From Candidatus Binatia bacterium (GTDB lineage Bacteria > Desulfobacterota > Binatia > UBA12015): a stretch of DNA of 64,000 nt. Both the position numbers and the translations under genes were made by a program. A model generated the notes under the pieces. That model searched no databases. It was not told the origin of the DNA and saw nothing but the letters and a program-made list of their open reading frames with translations. Positions within the stretch are counted from its first letter, which is position 1, and each line of letters opens with the position of its first letter. Where the stretch lies: assembly GCA_029248525.1 (NCBI GenBank), contig JAQWJE010000049.1:386535-450534 (forward strand). Direction: 5' to 3'. Shown here in pieces: positions 29,988 through 39,745 of the stretch.

Positions 29988-31166
29988 ATGGGACCGAGTA
30001 GTTTGGTACTCCCTGATCTCGACGCGCTGACGATGGCCGCGCTTGCGGGGCGGCGTGGTGAGAAGTGGTCGACCTACCCGTCTGACGTTCTGCCCGCCTG
30101 GGTCGCCGAGATGGATTACCCCGTTGCATCGCCTGTTCACGAGGTTCTGTCGGCGATGGTCGCCGGACATGACGTCGGCTACCCGAGGGATGCCCTGAGC
30201 GAAGGGGTGCGGGAAGTATTCGCGACGCGCATGGCCGAGAAATTCGACTGGAAGGTCGACCCCGCCCGGGTGGAGCTTTTGTCGGACGTGGTGCAGGGGA
30301 TTTACCTTGCGGTCGGTACATTGACGACGCCGGGAAGTGGGCTGGTGATTCAAACGCCGATCTACCCTCCCTTTCTGCAGTCAGCGACAGAGAACGGGCG
30401 GGAGATTGTCGAAAATCGCCTGCGTCACGAATCGCGTGGGTACGCAATTGATTTCGAGGCGTTGGAGGAGGCGATTGGTCCGCGCACGGAGATGCTCCTC
30501 TTCTGCAATCCCCACAACCCGACGGGGCGTGTTTTCAGTCGCGAGGAACTGGAGGCTTTGGCGGAAATCGTTTTGCGCCATGACCTGCTTGTGGTGAGCG
30601 ACGAAATCCATGCGGACCTTCTCCATGACGGGAGGTCGCATCTTCCGCTGGCCTCTCTCGGCCCCGAGATCGCCGCACGAACGATCACATTGACCTCGGC
30701 CACCAAGGCTTTCAATATACCCGGATTGCGGCTGGCCGTAGCGCATTTTGGCTCCCATAGGTTGCAGGAAAAGTTCGCCGGGGTGCCCGTGCATGCGCGT
30801 GGCGGGATCGGTCTGCTCGGGATTCATGCAACGATCGCGGCCTGGCGCGATAGTCAGCCCTGGCTGGACCATGTGCGCGGCTATCTCGAGGAACGGCGGA
30901 ACCAGCTGGGCGGTCTCCTGCAGGAGCGGTTTCCGGAACTGATTTTCCGAGTCCCCGACGCCACCTATCTGGCGTGGGTCGATTGCGCGGCCCTGCAGTT
31001 GGATGCCGACCCGGCAGAGTTTTTTCTTGCGAAAGGTCGCGTGGCGTTTTCCTCAGGTCCGAACTTCGGCGCGGGCTACTCCTCGTATATGCGAATGAAT
31101 TTCGCCACCTCGGCAGGGCTGGTGACGGAGGCTGTCGACAGGATGGCCATCGCCCTGGGGCGCTGA
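29988..31166 (+). CDS. MalY/PatB-type C-S lyase (class I/II aminotransferase fold, cystathionine beta-lyase-like)
   Basis: 392 aa. PLP fold with SATKAFNIPGLR lysine motif. N-terminal region like PatB/MalY. Confidence 0.7.
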   Translation: MGPSSLVLPDLDALTMAALAGRRGEKWSTYPSDVLPAWVAEMDYPVASPVHEVLSAMVAGHDVGYPRDALSEGVREVFATRMAEKFDWKVDPARVELLSDVVQGIYLAVGTLTTPGSGLVIQTPIYPPFLQSATENGREIVENRLRHESRGYAIDFEALEEAIGPRTEMLLFCNPHNPTGRVFSREELEALAEIVLRHDLLVVSDEIHADLLHDGRSHLPLASLGPEIAARTITLTSATKAFNIPGLRLAVAHFGSHRLQEKFAGVPVHARGGIGLLGIHATIAAWRDSQPWLDHVRGYLEERRNQLGGLLQERFPELIFRVPDATYLAWVDCAALQLDADPAEFFLAKGRVAFSSGPNFGAGYSSYMRMNFATSAGLVTEAVDRMAIALGR

Positions 31167-31172
31167 GGCGCG

Positions 31173-32399
31173 ATGGAATTCAGGCGAGACCGGATCATTT
31201 TCCATGCAGATATGGATGCTTTCTATGCCTCGGTGGAACAGCGAGATCGCCCCTCGCTCCGCGGGCGTCCGGTTGCGGTTGGAGGCCTCCCCCCGCGCGG
31301 CGTGGTAACCGCGGCTTCCTACGAGGCTCGCGCGTTTGGGGTACGCTCGGCGATGCCGACATCCGAGGCCCTGCAGCGTTGCCCGCATCTCGAGGTGGTC
31401 CCGGGCAATATGAAGCTCTATGCGAGCGAGTCCCGCAAAATACGCAAGGTATTTGATGAGTTCTCGCCAGAGGTCGAACCGATCTCGCTCGATGAGGCGT
31501 TCCTCGATCTGACGGCATCGATGCGTGTTCTGGGTGGCCACAAGGAAGAGATCGCGCAGCGACTCAAGGATCGCGTGCGTGCCGAGACGGGCCTCTGCAT
31601 TTCCGTCGGGATTGGGCCGGTCAAAATGGTTGCAAAGATCGCCAGTGATTTATCCAAGCCCGATGGCCTGTTGGTTGTGGAGCCGAGCGACTGCCGCGAC
31701 TTCCTGGCGCCTTTGCCGATTCGTCGGCTCTGGGGTGTCGGGCCGGTACAGGAGGAGAAACTGCTGCGAAAGGGCATCCGCACCATCGGTGATCTGGCCG
31801 GGTTGGTTGATGTGGCTCCCGGAAGTGAACTGGCGCGGCTCTGCACGCTGGCACGCGGCGAAGACGATCGACCGGTCGAGAACACGCGCGAAGCTCGATC
31901 GATCGGCGAAGAACAGACCTTTGCGACCGATGTAAGGGACCGCGTCCGATTACGCGAGATGATTGGTCAGCACGCCGAAGCGGTCGCACGTCGGCTGCGG
32001 CGGGAAAACCTGGAGGCTCGGGTGGTCCGGTTGAAGATCAAATCCAACGAGAAGCTGGATCGACCGGGAAAGTATCGGATCTACACGCGCCAATTGACCC
32101 TGCCGGAACCAACCCAGGATGGGCGTCGGCTCCGCATCGCTGGCCATGAGTTGTTGTCCGACGACTCCTTGCCCCCGCAGGTTCGGTTGTTGGGACTGAC
32201 GGCCGCCGGCTTGCAAGAGGTCGGTGTGTCGGCGACAGGGCAGATCGATATGTTTGCCGGGGCGCCGCGCGAGGACCAGAGTCTGAACGAGGCGCTGGAC
32301 AAGATTCAGGATCGGTTTGGACTCGAGGTGATCCAGCGCGGGGGAGGTGCAAGGGTCAGCAAGGCATCCCCGAGTCTTGGGATCAAAAAGGGCGAGTAG
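31173..32399 (+). CDS. dinB: DNA polymerase IV
   Basis: IIFHADMDAFYASVEQRD N-terminal Y-family polymerase signature. 408 aa. Confidence 0.85.
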   Translation: MEFRRDRIIFHADMDAFYASVEQRDRPSLRGRPVAVGGLPPRGVVTAASYEARAFGVRSAMPTSEALQRCPHLEVVPGNMKLYASESRKIRKVFDEFSPEVEPISLDEAFLDLTASMRVLGGHKEEIAQRLKDRVRAETGLCISVGIGPVKMVAKIASDLSKPDGLLVVEPSDCRDFLAPLPIRRLWGVGPVQEEKLLRKGIRTIGDLAGLVDVAPGSELARLCTLARGEDDRPVENTREARSIGEEQTFATDVRDRVRLREMIGQHAEAVARRLRRENLEARVVRLKIKSNEKLDRPGKYRIYTRQLTLPEPTQDGRRLRIAGHELLSDDSLPPQVRLLGLTAAGLQEVGVSATGQIDMFAGAPREDQSLNEALDKIQDRFGLEVIQRGGGARVSKASPSLGIKKGE

Positions 32400-32432
32400 G
32401 CCCCTTATGGGGCCTGCTCGCTGCCTCTTTTT
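32398..32432 (+). terminator. Putative terminator after dinB
   Basis: AGGCCCC-ttat-GGGGCCT hairpin starting 1 nt after dinB stop. TTTTT 12 nt downstream. Between convergent genes. Confidence 0.4.
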
Positions 32433-32436
32433 AGCG

Positions 32437-34242
32437 TTATTCTTCTCCGATATAGTAGGCGCCCAGGATCAGGAACATCTCGTCTTCGGTGCTGACGCCT
32501 CCGTTGACAGGGCACGCATCACATAGCCCGTCGCCCTCTCCGGGGGTGGAGTCGCAAGTCGCATCATCGCCCAAGCCGTTGCAGGGCTTCCCAACCTGGC
32601 CCGACCAACAATTGGTTGGCGTACATCGACCGAAAATCGAATTCTGCGGGGTTTCCGAAGCTCGCTTCACGACGCTCGGGTCCGGCTCACCGTTTTCGCC
32701 GTAGCCATTATTATAAGTCGCGCAATAACGGAAGGTGCGATCCTCAACGTCCGGTGAGTCCATCTCCAATGGTGGATCAAAGTATTTGTTCAGAGGGTCG
32801 TTGTAGCTGAAGTTCTGATAGACCAGTTCACCATCAGGGTCGTAGACGAGGAACTCCTTGCCGCGCTGATGGTAGTGCGAGAGAAGGTTGTAGACGCGTG
32901 ACCCTTGGGGTGCGACCCAGCTTTGGCAGAAGGTTTTTTCCTCATATGCGGGGATCGAGATGCTCAGGATTTGATCGGCATCGAAGATCTGGAGGGAGCG
33001 TATCTGCGCATCTTCGGCAAAAGTCCAGTTCAGTCGCCCATTCATTTCGAGATCGCTGCCGGTGAGATTGAACGCATGGGAGTTCCAGTAGAAAATTCCC
33101 TCACAGGGCATTTCGTCGAAGACGCCCTCCGGCATGCTTCTTTTCTCGGAAGTTTGCTGCACGGTCAAAAGATTTGTCGAACTAAGGGGGCTGGGGCCAC
33201 CAGGGGGGCCAAAGCCGGTGCACCCGGGAGTATCCACGATGCGGCTGATACAGAAACCATCATCACAAGCGCCTTGTTCCTTGGGGTCGCAGGATTCGCC
33301 GGACTTCGAGCCCAGACTGCAGGTCCAATCGCCGAATTCAGGAGCATCGACGTCTGCGTATCCTGTGTACTCCATCAAGATGGCATGGTGGCTTTGTGCA
33401 TCCTGTCGGAGATTGTATTCCTCGATCCGGAATCTCTGGCCGTATTGCCTTGGTTGTCCTTGGTTCGGGGAGGTGTCTCTCTCGGTCAGATATTCTTCAG
33501 GGATCTGTCCGCAGAAATCGTAGTATGTCGCGAAGCAGACCTCACGCTCGCTTGCGGCCGGCAGCAGGTAGGAAGGCATGATCAACTGAACGCCTTCACT
33601 CGGGTCCGGGGCGTCCAGGGGCCGAATCGATTGCGGAAGTTCTTCGGGGAGGCAAGCCCCGAGTAGCTCGGCTGTACCCGCAACGGTGCCGTCTTCCTGT
33701 GCACCATTCTTGATCCATAGGCGCAGAAGTTCGATATCGTCCGTGCTCAAAGTACCATTGCCCGTGGGCATCGCGCCGCCGGCAATCTCGACTCCTTCGG
33801 GATCCAGTTTGGCGAGAACTTTCAGATAGAGATAGCTGTCCATCGGTGTTCCGGGTTCGATCAAGTCGAGGTCGAAAGTTTGCGACGGGATCTCATGAAT
33901 ATTCGCCCACGCGACTTCCGGGCTCAGGTCGAGTCCCGCGGCTGCATTGGATCCGTGACAGGGCCCGTCGGCACACTGCTGCTGCACGAAGATTTGCTCG
34001 TAGATGCCTTCCCAAGTGCTTTCGTAGGTGTTGATCTCGTCACACTCTTCAGGACTGTCGGTAGGCTCAGGCTCAGGCGTCGGCTCGGGTGTGGATTCTC
34101 CGGTTGGTTCCGGGGTGGGCATCGGGAGGAGCGGCATCCCGTTGTCCGAGGACCCCCCACCGCAACCGCTGATGATCAGCAGCAAGGCGATGAGAGCGCC
34201 TGCAGTAACTCTTGCGATGGGAGTTTTCTGTGGATGAGCCAT
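32437..34242 (-). CDS. Lipoprotein with C-terminal copper type II ascorbate-dependent monooxygenase-like (PHM/DBH-like) domain
   Basis: Lipobox LLLIISGC. Segments SHHAILMEYTG, NSHAFN, SHYHQRGK and EDEMFLILGAYY align with PHM CuH (HHMLLFGC, H172) and CuM (HTHHLGK, DEMCNLYIMYY) ligand motifs. N-terminal IFVQQQCADGPCHG is cytochrome-c-like (CX4CH). Start at Met 34242 uncertain (alternative 34299). Confidence 0.5.
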   Translation of the reverse strand: MAHPQKTPIARVTAGALIALLLIISGCGGGSSDNGMPLLPMPTPEPTGESTPEPTPEPEPTDSPEECDEINTYESTWEGIYEQIFVQQQCADGPCHGSNAAAGLDLSPEVAWANIHEIPSQTFDLDLIEPGTPMDSYLYLKVLAKLDPEGVEIAGGAMPTGNGTLSTDDIELLRLWIKNGAQEDGTVAGTAELLGACLPEELPQSIRPLDAPDPSEGVQLIMPSYLLPAASEREVCFATYYDFCGQIPEEYLTERDTSPNQGQPRQYGQRFRIEEYNLRQDAQSHHAILMEYTGYADVDAPEFGDWTCSLGSKSGESCDPKEQGACDDGFCISRIVDTPGCTGFGPPGGPSPLSSTNLLTVQQTSEKRSMPEGVFDEMPCEGIFYWNSHAFNLTGSDLEMNGRLNWTFAEDAQIRSLQIFDADQILSISIPAYEEKTFCQSWVAPQGSRVYNLLSHYHQRGKEFLVYDPDGELVYQNFSYNDPLNKYFDPPLEMDSPDVEDRTFRYCATYNNGYGENGEPDPSVVKRASETPQNSIFGRCTPTNCWSGQVGKPCNGLGDDATCDSTPGEGDGLCDACPVNGGVSTEDEMFLILGAYYIGEE

Positions 34243-34332
34243 CCAGAGATCATGTACAATGCCGACTACGGTGGCAAGCCCTAACTCAAGTGACGTCAAA
34301 TCAAGGTTTTTCTCCGATTATGGGTCACGAAT

Positions 34333-35193
34333 TCAGGATTCGCTCACCTGAATTTTATCGTCGACGTGAAGCCTGAGGCCTTTTTCGGCATGGCCGTTGC
34401 GGATCGCGATTTCGAGGTAGCCATCACTGCCGATCAAGGCGAGCGGTTCACCTTCAGCGACCTCCCCGTAAGTGCGGCACAGGGCAACGACGGTTTCGCT
34501 CCGAGGAAGTTGCGCCGCGCAGGCATCGGGAAGGTCCTCTCTGCGAAGATTCGTGATGGCGTTTCCGAAATGATCGAAGAGCAGGATGGTGCCCTCGATG
34601 CGGTTGCCGCGGCGCAAGGGATGCGGTCGCGGCAAGGGTAGGGGCTCGTATCGTGGACCTGTTTGATGCGGGGAAAGCGAACCGCTGGCAAGGGCGGCGG
34701 CGATCGGGGCAAAGAGATCGCGGCCGTGAAACGTTGGCGCGAGATCTACCGGCAAAAAGGGTTCCGTGTCGGGATTTCTCTCGATCTGATGGCAATGGAA
34801 TGGTCCCAGCCTATCCAGAGTTGGGCCGAGAACGCCATTATCAGGAGCCACGAAGCATTGGCCACCAGCCACAGCCACCAGGGCGCGTCGATCGGTTCCG
34901 ACGCCCGGGTCCACGACCACCATATGGACGGTCCCCTTCGGCCAATAGGGCGCTGCTGCCGACATTGTGGTGGCGCCGTGAATGATGTTCTGCGGCGGTA
35001 TCCCGTGCGCGATATTCTCGATCCGAAGTCGAGCATCGTGATTCAGAATCATGCCCTTCATCGCGCCCACATAGCCATCGGTCGTGCCGAAGTCCGTGGT
35101 CATGGTGACCAGGCCGCAGGGATGAAAGAGAGATGGCGGGTCGGTGGAGGCGGTCATGGCTTCAGCTTCAGCCGTGCGGCGGCTCTCTGTCAA
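34333..35193 (-). CDS. SAM hydroxide adenosyltransferase / SAM-dependent halogenase family (DUF62)
   Basis: TTDFGTTDGYVGAMKG N-terminal signature shared with fluorinase/chlorinase/SAM hydrolase family. True start may be an internal Met (35157 or 35103). Confidence 0.65.
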   Translation of the reverse strand: MTESRRTAEAEAMTASTDPPSLFHPCGLVTMTTDFGTTDGYVGAMKGMILNHDARLRIENIAHGIPPQNIIHGATTMSAAAPYWPKGTVHMVVVDPGVGTDRRALVAVAGGQCFVAPDNGVLGPTLDRLGPFHCHQIERNPDTEPFLPVDLAPTFHGRDLFAPIAAALASGSLSPHQTGPRYEPLPLPRPHPLRRGNRIEGTILLFDHFGNAITNLRREDLPDACAAQLPRSETVVALCRTYGEVAEGEPLALIGSDGYLEIAIRNGHAEKGLRLHVDDKIQVSES

Positions 35194-35220
35194 CCACCAT
35201 TCCCTGGCGCCGGGCCCGCC

Positions 35221-37680
35221 TCAGAAGCGGTAGGAGAGTTCCGCGCCCCAGGTCGCGGGTTGGCCCCAGAAGCGAATGGCAGTTCCCCAGGAGGACACTG
35301 TCGCCGGCATCGACCATTGCAGATATTCCGTCCCGGTGACGTTCTGTCCCCAGAAGGCAAACTGGGCTCGATCGTCGAGGAAATCGTAGCTGAGCCGGAG
35401 GTGCAGCAGGTGGTAGGCCGGTTGATTCGAGCTCCAGACCTCAGGCCCTTCGAAATGGAAGGCACTCTGGTAGCTCCAATCGAAGCGCGGGGTAATCCAG
35501 CCGTCCAGCCAGGCTGGTCCGGGAAGATCGATCGGTAGCGCATATTGCATCGATAGATGGGTTTGCAGGTGAGGGCTGAAAGGGAAGGTCTCGCCCGCGC
35601 GACTGATCGGCTGGCCATCCAATTGACTGGGTGCGTCGGGGAAGTCGGCATAGACAGCATCGAGCAGTCCCATCGAGCCGCTCACGCGGAATCCGTCGAT
35701 GGGTAGCGCCATGAACTCCCATTCGATTCCGCGGGTGGTTGCTCGCGCCGCATTCATCGTCACCTGCACGATATTCGGAATAATCTCACCCTCTTCGCTG
35801 AGATCCTGCAATTGCGTGACCTGGATATCATCATAGAGGCCGACGAAGCCCGCGATATTCATGGTCAGCCGCTGATCCCAGAGAATCGATTTGAAACCGA
35901 TTTCGAACGAGTCGAGAGTTTCGGGGGCGAAGTCCGTCAGATTGATATCGGCCGGATTCAGGACCCCATTGAAGCCGCCACCCTTGAAGCCGCGCGCGTA
36001 GGTAAAATACGAGAGGAGAGAGTCCAAGGGCGTATCCTCGAGCAAGGCTTCGGGCATCAATACGGAGATGGTTCCCATCGGGGTCCAGGACGGGAACAGG
36101 GCGGACTTCGGGGGCTCGCTATCCGCGGGTTGGTCGGGAAAGAAGGGGTCGATATTGGACTGTTGGATGCCCTTGCGATCCTCGCTATAGCGCAGGCCAC
36201 CAGTGAAGCTGAGCCATTCACGGGCGCGGAAAGTGGCTTGCGAGAAGAGTGCCCAGGTGAAGTTGTCGATCGCCGTGATGTTTTCTTTCCCGAAGCGAAT
36301 GGCGGTCTCGTAGCCGGAGAGGACGACGCGGTTGTCCGAGCCGTTCTCCCAAAGACTGAAATAGCCGACGATGAAATCAAGACGATCGTCGATCGCTGTG
36401 CCGCTGAGTTGGAATTCCTGCTGGATCTGTCGCTGATGTCCCGGCTTGCCATCGAAGGGGCTGCCGCCGCCTGCATCCGATATTTGCACGATCGTCAGAT
36501 CGGTTCCGTCGAAGTCCTGGCGAAAGCGAAAGTCCTGCTCGCGCCAGGAAGTGATCGATTTTGCCCGGAGATCGATGCCCGCGATTTCGCCGATATCCCA
36601 ATCAATGGTTCCCCAAGTCCCGTAGGAGATGGTTTCCTGCAGTTGCGAGGTATTTGACCAGTTGCGAAATGGCTCACTCCGATCACAGGCCTCTTGTACG
36701 TCGTATCCGGCCTGAGTGAAAAGACCCGCCAGGCCGGTATCCTGAATAAAGACGCATTGGCCTCCGGCGGCATAGCTATGATCCTGCGACCAGGAGCCGC
36801 TCACGTCGACCGTCAATGAATCGGTGGGCAACCAGCGAAGCGAGCCGAGAAAGGCGAGCGTGTTTCGATTGGACCAGTCCTGCTTCCGAGGCACGTTGCG
36901 GACCCAGCCACCATCCTGCACGGAGGCAAACGAAAATCGTGTGAAGAGTTTGTCCTCAAAGGGCCCGAAATCGATCGGCAGGTTGAGCATCGCCCGAGCG
37001 AGCATCGTCTTGCGGCTCCCGGGCCGCACGAGAGCAAAGCCCTCCACGGAATCCTTTGGCTTGGTTGTGGTGATATTGACGGCTCCCCCAACGGTATTTT
37101 TGCCAAAGAGGGTTCCCTGAGGTCCGCGCAAGATTTCGATTTGTTCAATATCGATCACATCGAGAAGCGCACCGACCGACCGCGGCAGAAAGACTCCATC
37201 AATGAAGACGCCGACGCCGGGGTCGAAGGCCATATCGGTATTGGAAGTCCCCACGCCACGGATGACAAAGTTGGCTTCCGCGCCGCTATCGGCCCCGTGG
37301 ATCTGGAGGTTGGGGACAAGGTCCTGAATCTCGTCAAGCCGCGTGATCCCTGCCTCGCGGAGCGTGCTCTCGCTGAGTGCGGTCACGGCGACAGGAGTTT
37401 CTTCCAGACGTTCACTCCGCTTGCGTGCGGACACCACAATTTCTTCGATGGTCTTTCGCCTCGAAGCGGAGCTCTCTTCCGAGGCTTGCTCGGGTTCGCC
37501 GGAGGAGTTCTCAACCAGACTTTCGGGGGAGCTCTCTGTCGCTTCCGCACCCGGATTCTGTACGGAGATCGTTTCAACCGCTGGCGTCACGTCTTCAGCC
37601 TGAGCGAAGGCATAGCCTGTCGCGCAAGCAACCCATGAAAACAGAACGAGAAAAAAACCAGCCTTACCTCGAACGGCCAT
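35221..37680 (-). CDS. TonB-dependent receptor
   Basis: Signal peptide (MAVRGKAGFFLVLFSWVACATGYAFA), plug-domain motif ETPVAVTALSE, beta-barrel, C-terminal ...LSYRF. Start set at Met 37680. Confidence 0.8.
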   Translation of the reverse strand: MAVRGKAGFFLVLFSWVACATGYAFAQAEDVTPAVETISVQNPGAEATESSPESLVENSSGEPEQASEESSASRRKTIEEIVVSARKRSERLEETPVAVTALSESTLREAGITRLDEIQDLVPNLQIHGADSGAEANFVIRGVGTSNTDMAFDPGVGVFIDGVFLPRSVGALLDVIDIEQIEILRGPQGTLFGKNTVGGAVNITTTKPKDSVEGFALVRPGSRKTMLARAMLNLPIDFGPFEDKLFTRFSFASVQDGGWVRNVPRKQDWSNRNTLAFLGSLRWLPTDSLTVDVSGSWSQDHSYAAGGQCVFIQDTGLAGLFTQAGYDVQEACDRSEPFRNWSNTSQLQETISYGTWGTIDWDIGEIAGIDLRAKSITSWREQDFRFRQDFDGTDLTIVQISDAGGGSPFDGKPGHQRQIQQEFQLSGTAIDDRLDFIVGYFSLWENGSDNRVVLSGYETAIRFGKENITAIDNFTWALFSQATFRAREWLSFTGGLRYSEDRKGIQQSNIDPFFPDQPADSEPPKSALFPSWTPMGTISVLMPEALLEDTPLDSLLSYFTYARGFKGGGFNGVLNPADINLTDFAPETLDSFEIGFKSILWDQRLTMNIAGFVGLYDDIQVTQLQDLSEEGEIIPNIVQVTMNAARATTRGIEWEFMALPIDGFRVSGSMGLLDAVYADFPDAPSQLDGQPISRAGETFPFSPHLQTHLSMQYALPIDLPGPAWLDGWITPRFDWSYQSAFHFEGPEVWSSNQPAYHLLHLRLSYDFLDDRAQFAFWGQNVTGTEYLQWSMPATVSSWGTAIRFWGQPATWGAELSYRF

Positions 37681-37765
37681 AGCGGATGTTCCTCCATCAC
37701 TGGTATGACGCTTGAGGCGGTGTCGGGTCAAGCGGACGGAAGTGCATGACGGGGCGGCTGATCGC

Positions 37766-39745
37766 CTATTCGTCCAGCAAGGATTCCAATGCGGTCTGGC
37801 GATCCAGCCAGAGTTCTTCGCATTCTTCCAATTCTCGACTGATTTCCGCGTGACGCTGCTGGCTTTCGCGGACATTGTCGCTGCCGGCTTCGTACGTCGA
37901 AGGGTCGGCGAGTCGTGCTTCGAGTTCCTTCCGCTCCCCTTCAAGACGCGCCATATCCTTGTCGAGTCGTGCGATTTCGGCGCGCACGACCTTCGTTTTG
38001 GCAGCGTTCTGGTTGCGAGTTTCCGCGGCGAGCCTTTTTTCCTCCTTGCGGGCGCGCCCGCTGCGCTCGAGAGGAGGCGCCGTTATGTCCTTGGGCGCGT
38101 TCGCCGTCTTCTTTGCAGATGCCGGAAGGTTTTCCGGGGTCAGGCTTTCCTGCTTGCGTCGCCAGAGATAGTGGTCCCAATCACCCGGGTAGTCGCGGAC
38201 CTCGCCATGCTCGATCCGGACCACCCGCTGCGCGATTTTCTGGATAAAGTGGACATCGTGGCTCACGAAGCCGATCGCTCCCTCGAAACGTTCCAGGGCG
38301 CTTACGAGCGCATCGACCGACGGCATATCGAGATGAATTGTCGGTTCGTCCATCAGGAGGACGCTGGGCGGATTGAGAAGAACCATCGCCATGGCCAGAC
38401 GACTCTTTTCACCGCCGCTTAAAACTCGGGCTTGTTTGTCGACATCGGTTCCGCGGAAAAGGAAAGCGCCGAGCAGGCTGCGGACTTCCGTCTCCCCGGC
38501 ATCACGGGAGGAGTCCATCGCGTTCTGCAGCACCGTATTGTCGAGCGCCAACATTTCCTGGCGATGTTGGCCGTAGTAGCCCACTGTGGCTCGCAAGCCG
38601 ACTTCCCGGTCGCCATGGTCGGGCTTTAAAACTCCGCCCAGAAGTTTCAGCAGGGTGGACTTCCCGGCGCCGTTGGGGCCGACGAGTACGGTCTTTTCGC
38701 CGCGTTCAAGTCGGAAGTCGAGATCCTTGTAGACATGCGTTTCCTCGTAGGATTTCGAGACATTCTGGAGCGCGAGGGCGAGACGCCCGGTCCGCGGCGG
38801 TTGCGGAAATTGGAAGGAGACTTTGCGCGCATCCTTCTCGACGACGATTCGAGTTTCCTTTTCCAGCGCCTTGATCCGGCTCTGCACCTGTCGTGCCTTG
38901 GTTGCCTTGGCGCGGAAGCGTTCGATGAATTTCTCTGTTTCCCGGATCCGGCGCGCTTGTGCGTCGGCCGAGGCCTCGAGCTGGGCGCGGCGCTCGTCGC
39001 GTTGTCGGAGGTAGCTCCGGAACCCCCCTGCGTATCGGGTCACGATGCCGCGATCGATCTCGACAATCGATTGGGTCAAAGCCTCGAGAAACGCGCGGTC
39101 ATGGGAGATGACGACCAATGTGATATCGGACCCCGCCAGATGGTCCTGCAGCCAGAGGACGGATTCCAGGTCGAGGTGGTTGGTGGGTTCGTCCAGAAGC
39201 AGCACGTCCGGCGGTGTTGTCAGAAGTCGGCCCAGCTCGGCACGCATCGCCCAGCCTCCTGAAAGGGTGCGCAGGGCGCGCTCCTCATCTCCCGGAGGGA
39301 ATCCGAGCCCCGCGAGAACTTTCCGGGCGCGTGCTTCCCGATCGTGACCGCCGAGTTGGGCGAATCGTTCATGGGCCTCGGCAAGTTCGGCGGATAGTCG
39401 AGCCTGCTCTTCGGCAGTGGCGTTCTCGATGCGGTCGGGGAGCGTTTCGAGGGCTGCCTCCAGCCGAGCGAATTCCGGGTCGGGGCGGAGCGCGGCTGAA
39501 AGTGCCGTTTCCTCCGACTGGGAATCGAGCTCCTGTCGCAGCATGCCGATCCGTATGCCCGAGTTGTGACCGACCCGGCCGGCATCAGGCTCCTCGTCGC
39601 CTACGATGAGTTTGAGGAGGGTGGACTTGCCGGCCCCGTTGGCGCCTACGATGCCGGTCCGTTCGCCGCGCTCGAAACGCAGCTGGAGGCCTTCGAAAAG
39701 CGTTCTTCCGCCAACTGCCTTATGAATGTCTTCCAGCCAAATCAC
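37766..39745 (-). CDS. ABC-F family ATPase (tandem ABC ATPase domains, no TMD)
   Basis: Two Walker A (GANGAGKST, GPNGAGKST) and two LSGG signatures. Linker and C-terminal coiled-coil typical of ABC-F (EttA/Uup-like). Confidence 0.8.
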   Translation of the reverse strand: MIWLEDIHKAVGGRTLFEGLQLRFERGERTGIVGANGAGKSTLLKLIVGDEEPDAGRVGHNSGIRIGMLRQELDSQSEETALSAALRPDPEFARLEAALETLPDRIENATAEEQARLSAELAEAHERFAQLGGHDREARARKVLAGLGFPPGDEERALRTLSGGWAMRAELGRLLTTPPDVLLLDEPTNHLDLESVLWLQDHLAGSDITLVVISHDRAFLEALTQSIVEIDRGIVTRYAGGFRSYLRQRDERRAQLEASADAQARRIRETEKFIERFRAKATKARQVQSRIKALEKETRIVVEKDARKVSFQFPQPPRTGRLALALQNVSKSYEETHVYKDLDFRLERGEKTVLVGPNGAGKSTLLKLLGGVLKPDHGDREVGLRATVGYYGQHRQEMLALDNTVLQNAMDSSRDAGETEVRSLLGAFLFRGTDVDKQARVLSGGEKSRLAMAMVLLNPPSVLLMDEPTIHLDMPSVDALVSALERFEGAIGFVSHDVHFIQKIAQRVVRIEHGEVRDYPGDWDHYLWRRKQESLTPENLPASAKKTANAPKDITAPPLERSGRARKEEKRLAAETRNQNAAKTKVVRAEIARLDKDMARLEGERKELEARLADPSTYEAGSDNVRESQQRHAEISRELEECEELWLDRQTALESLLDE

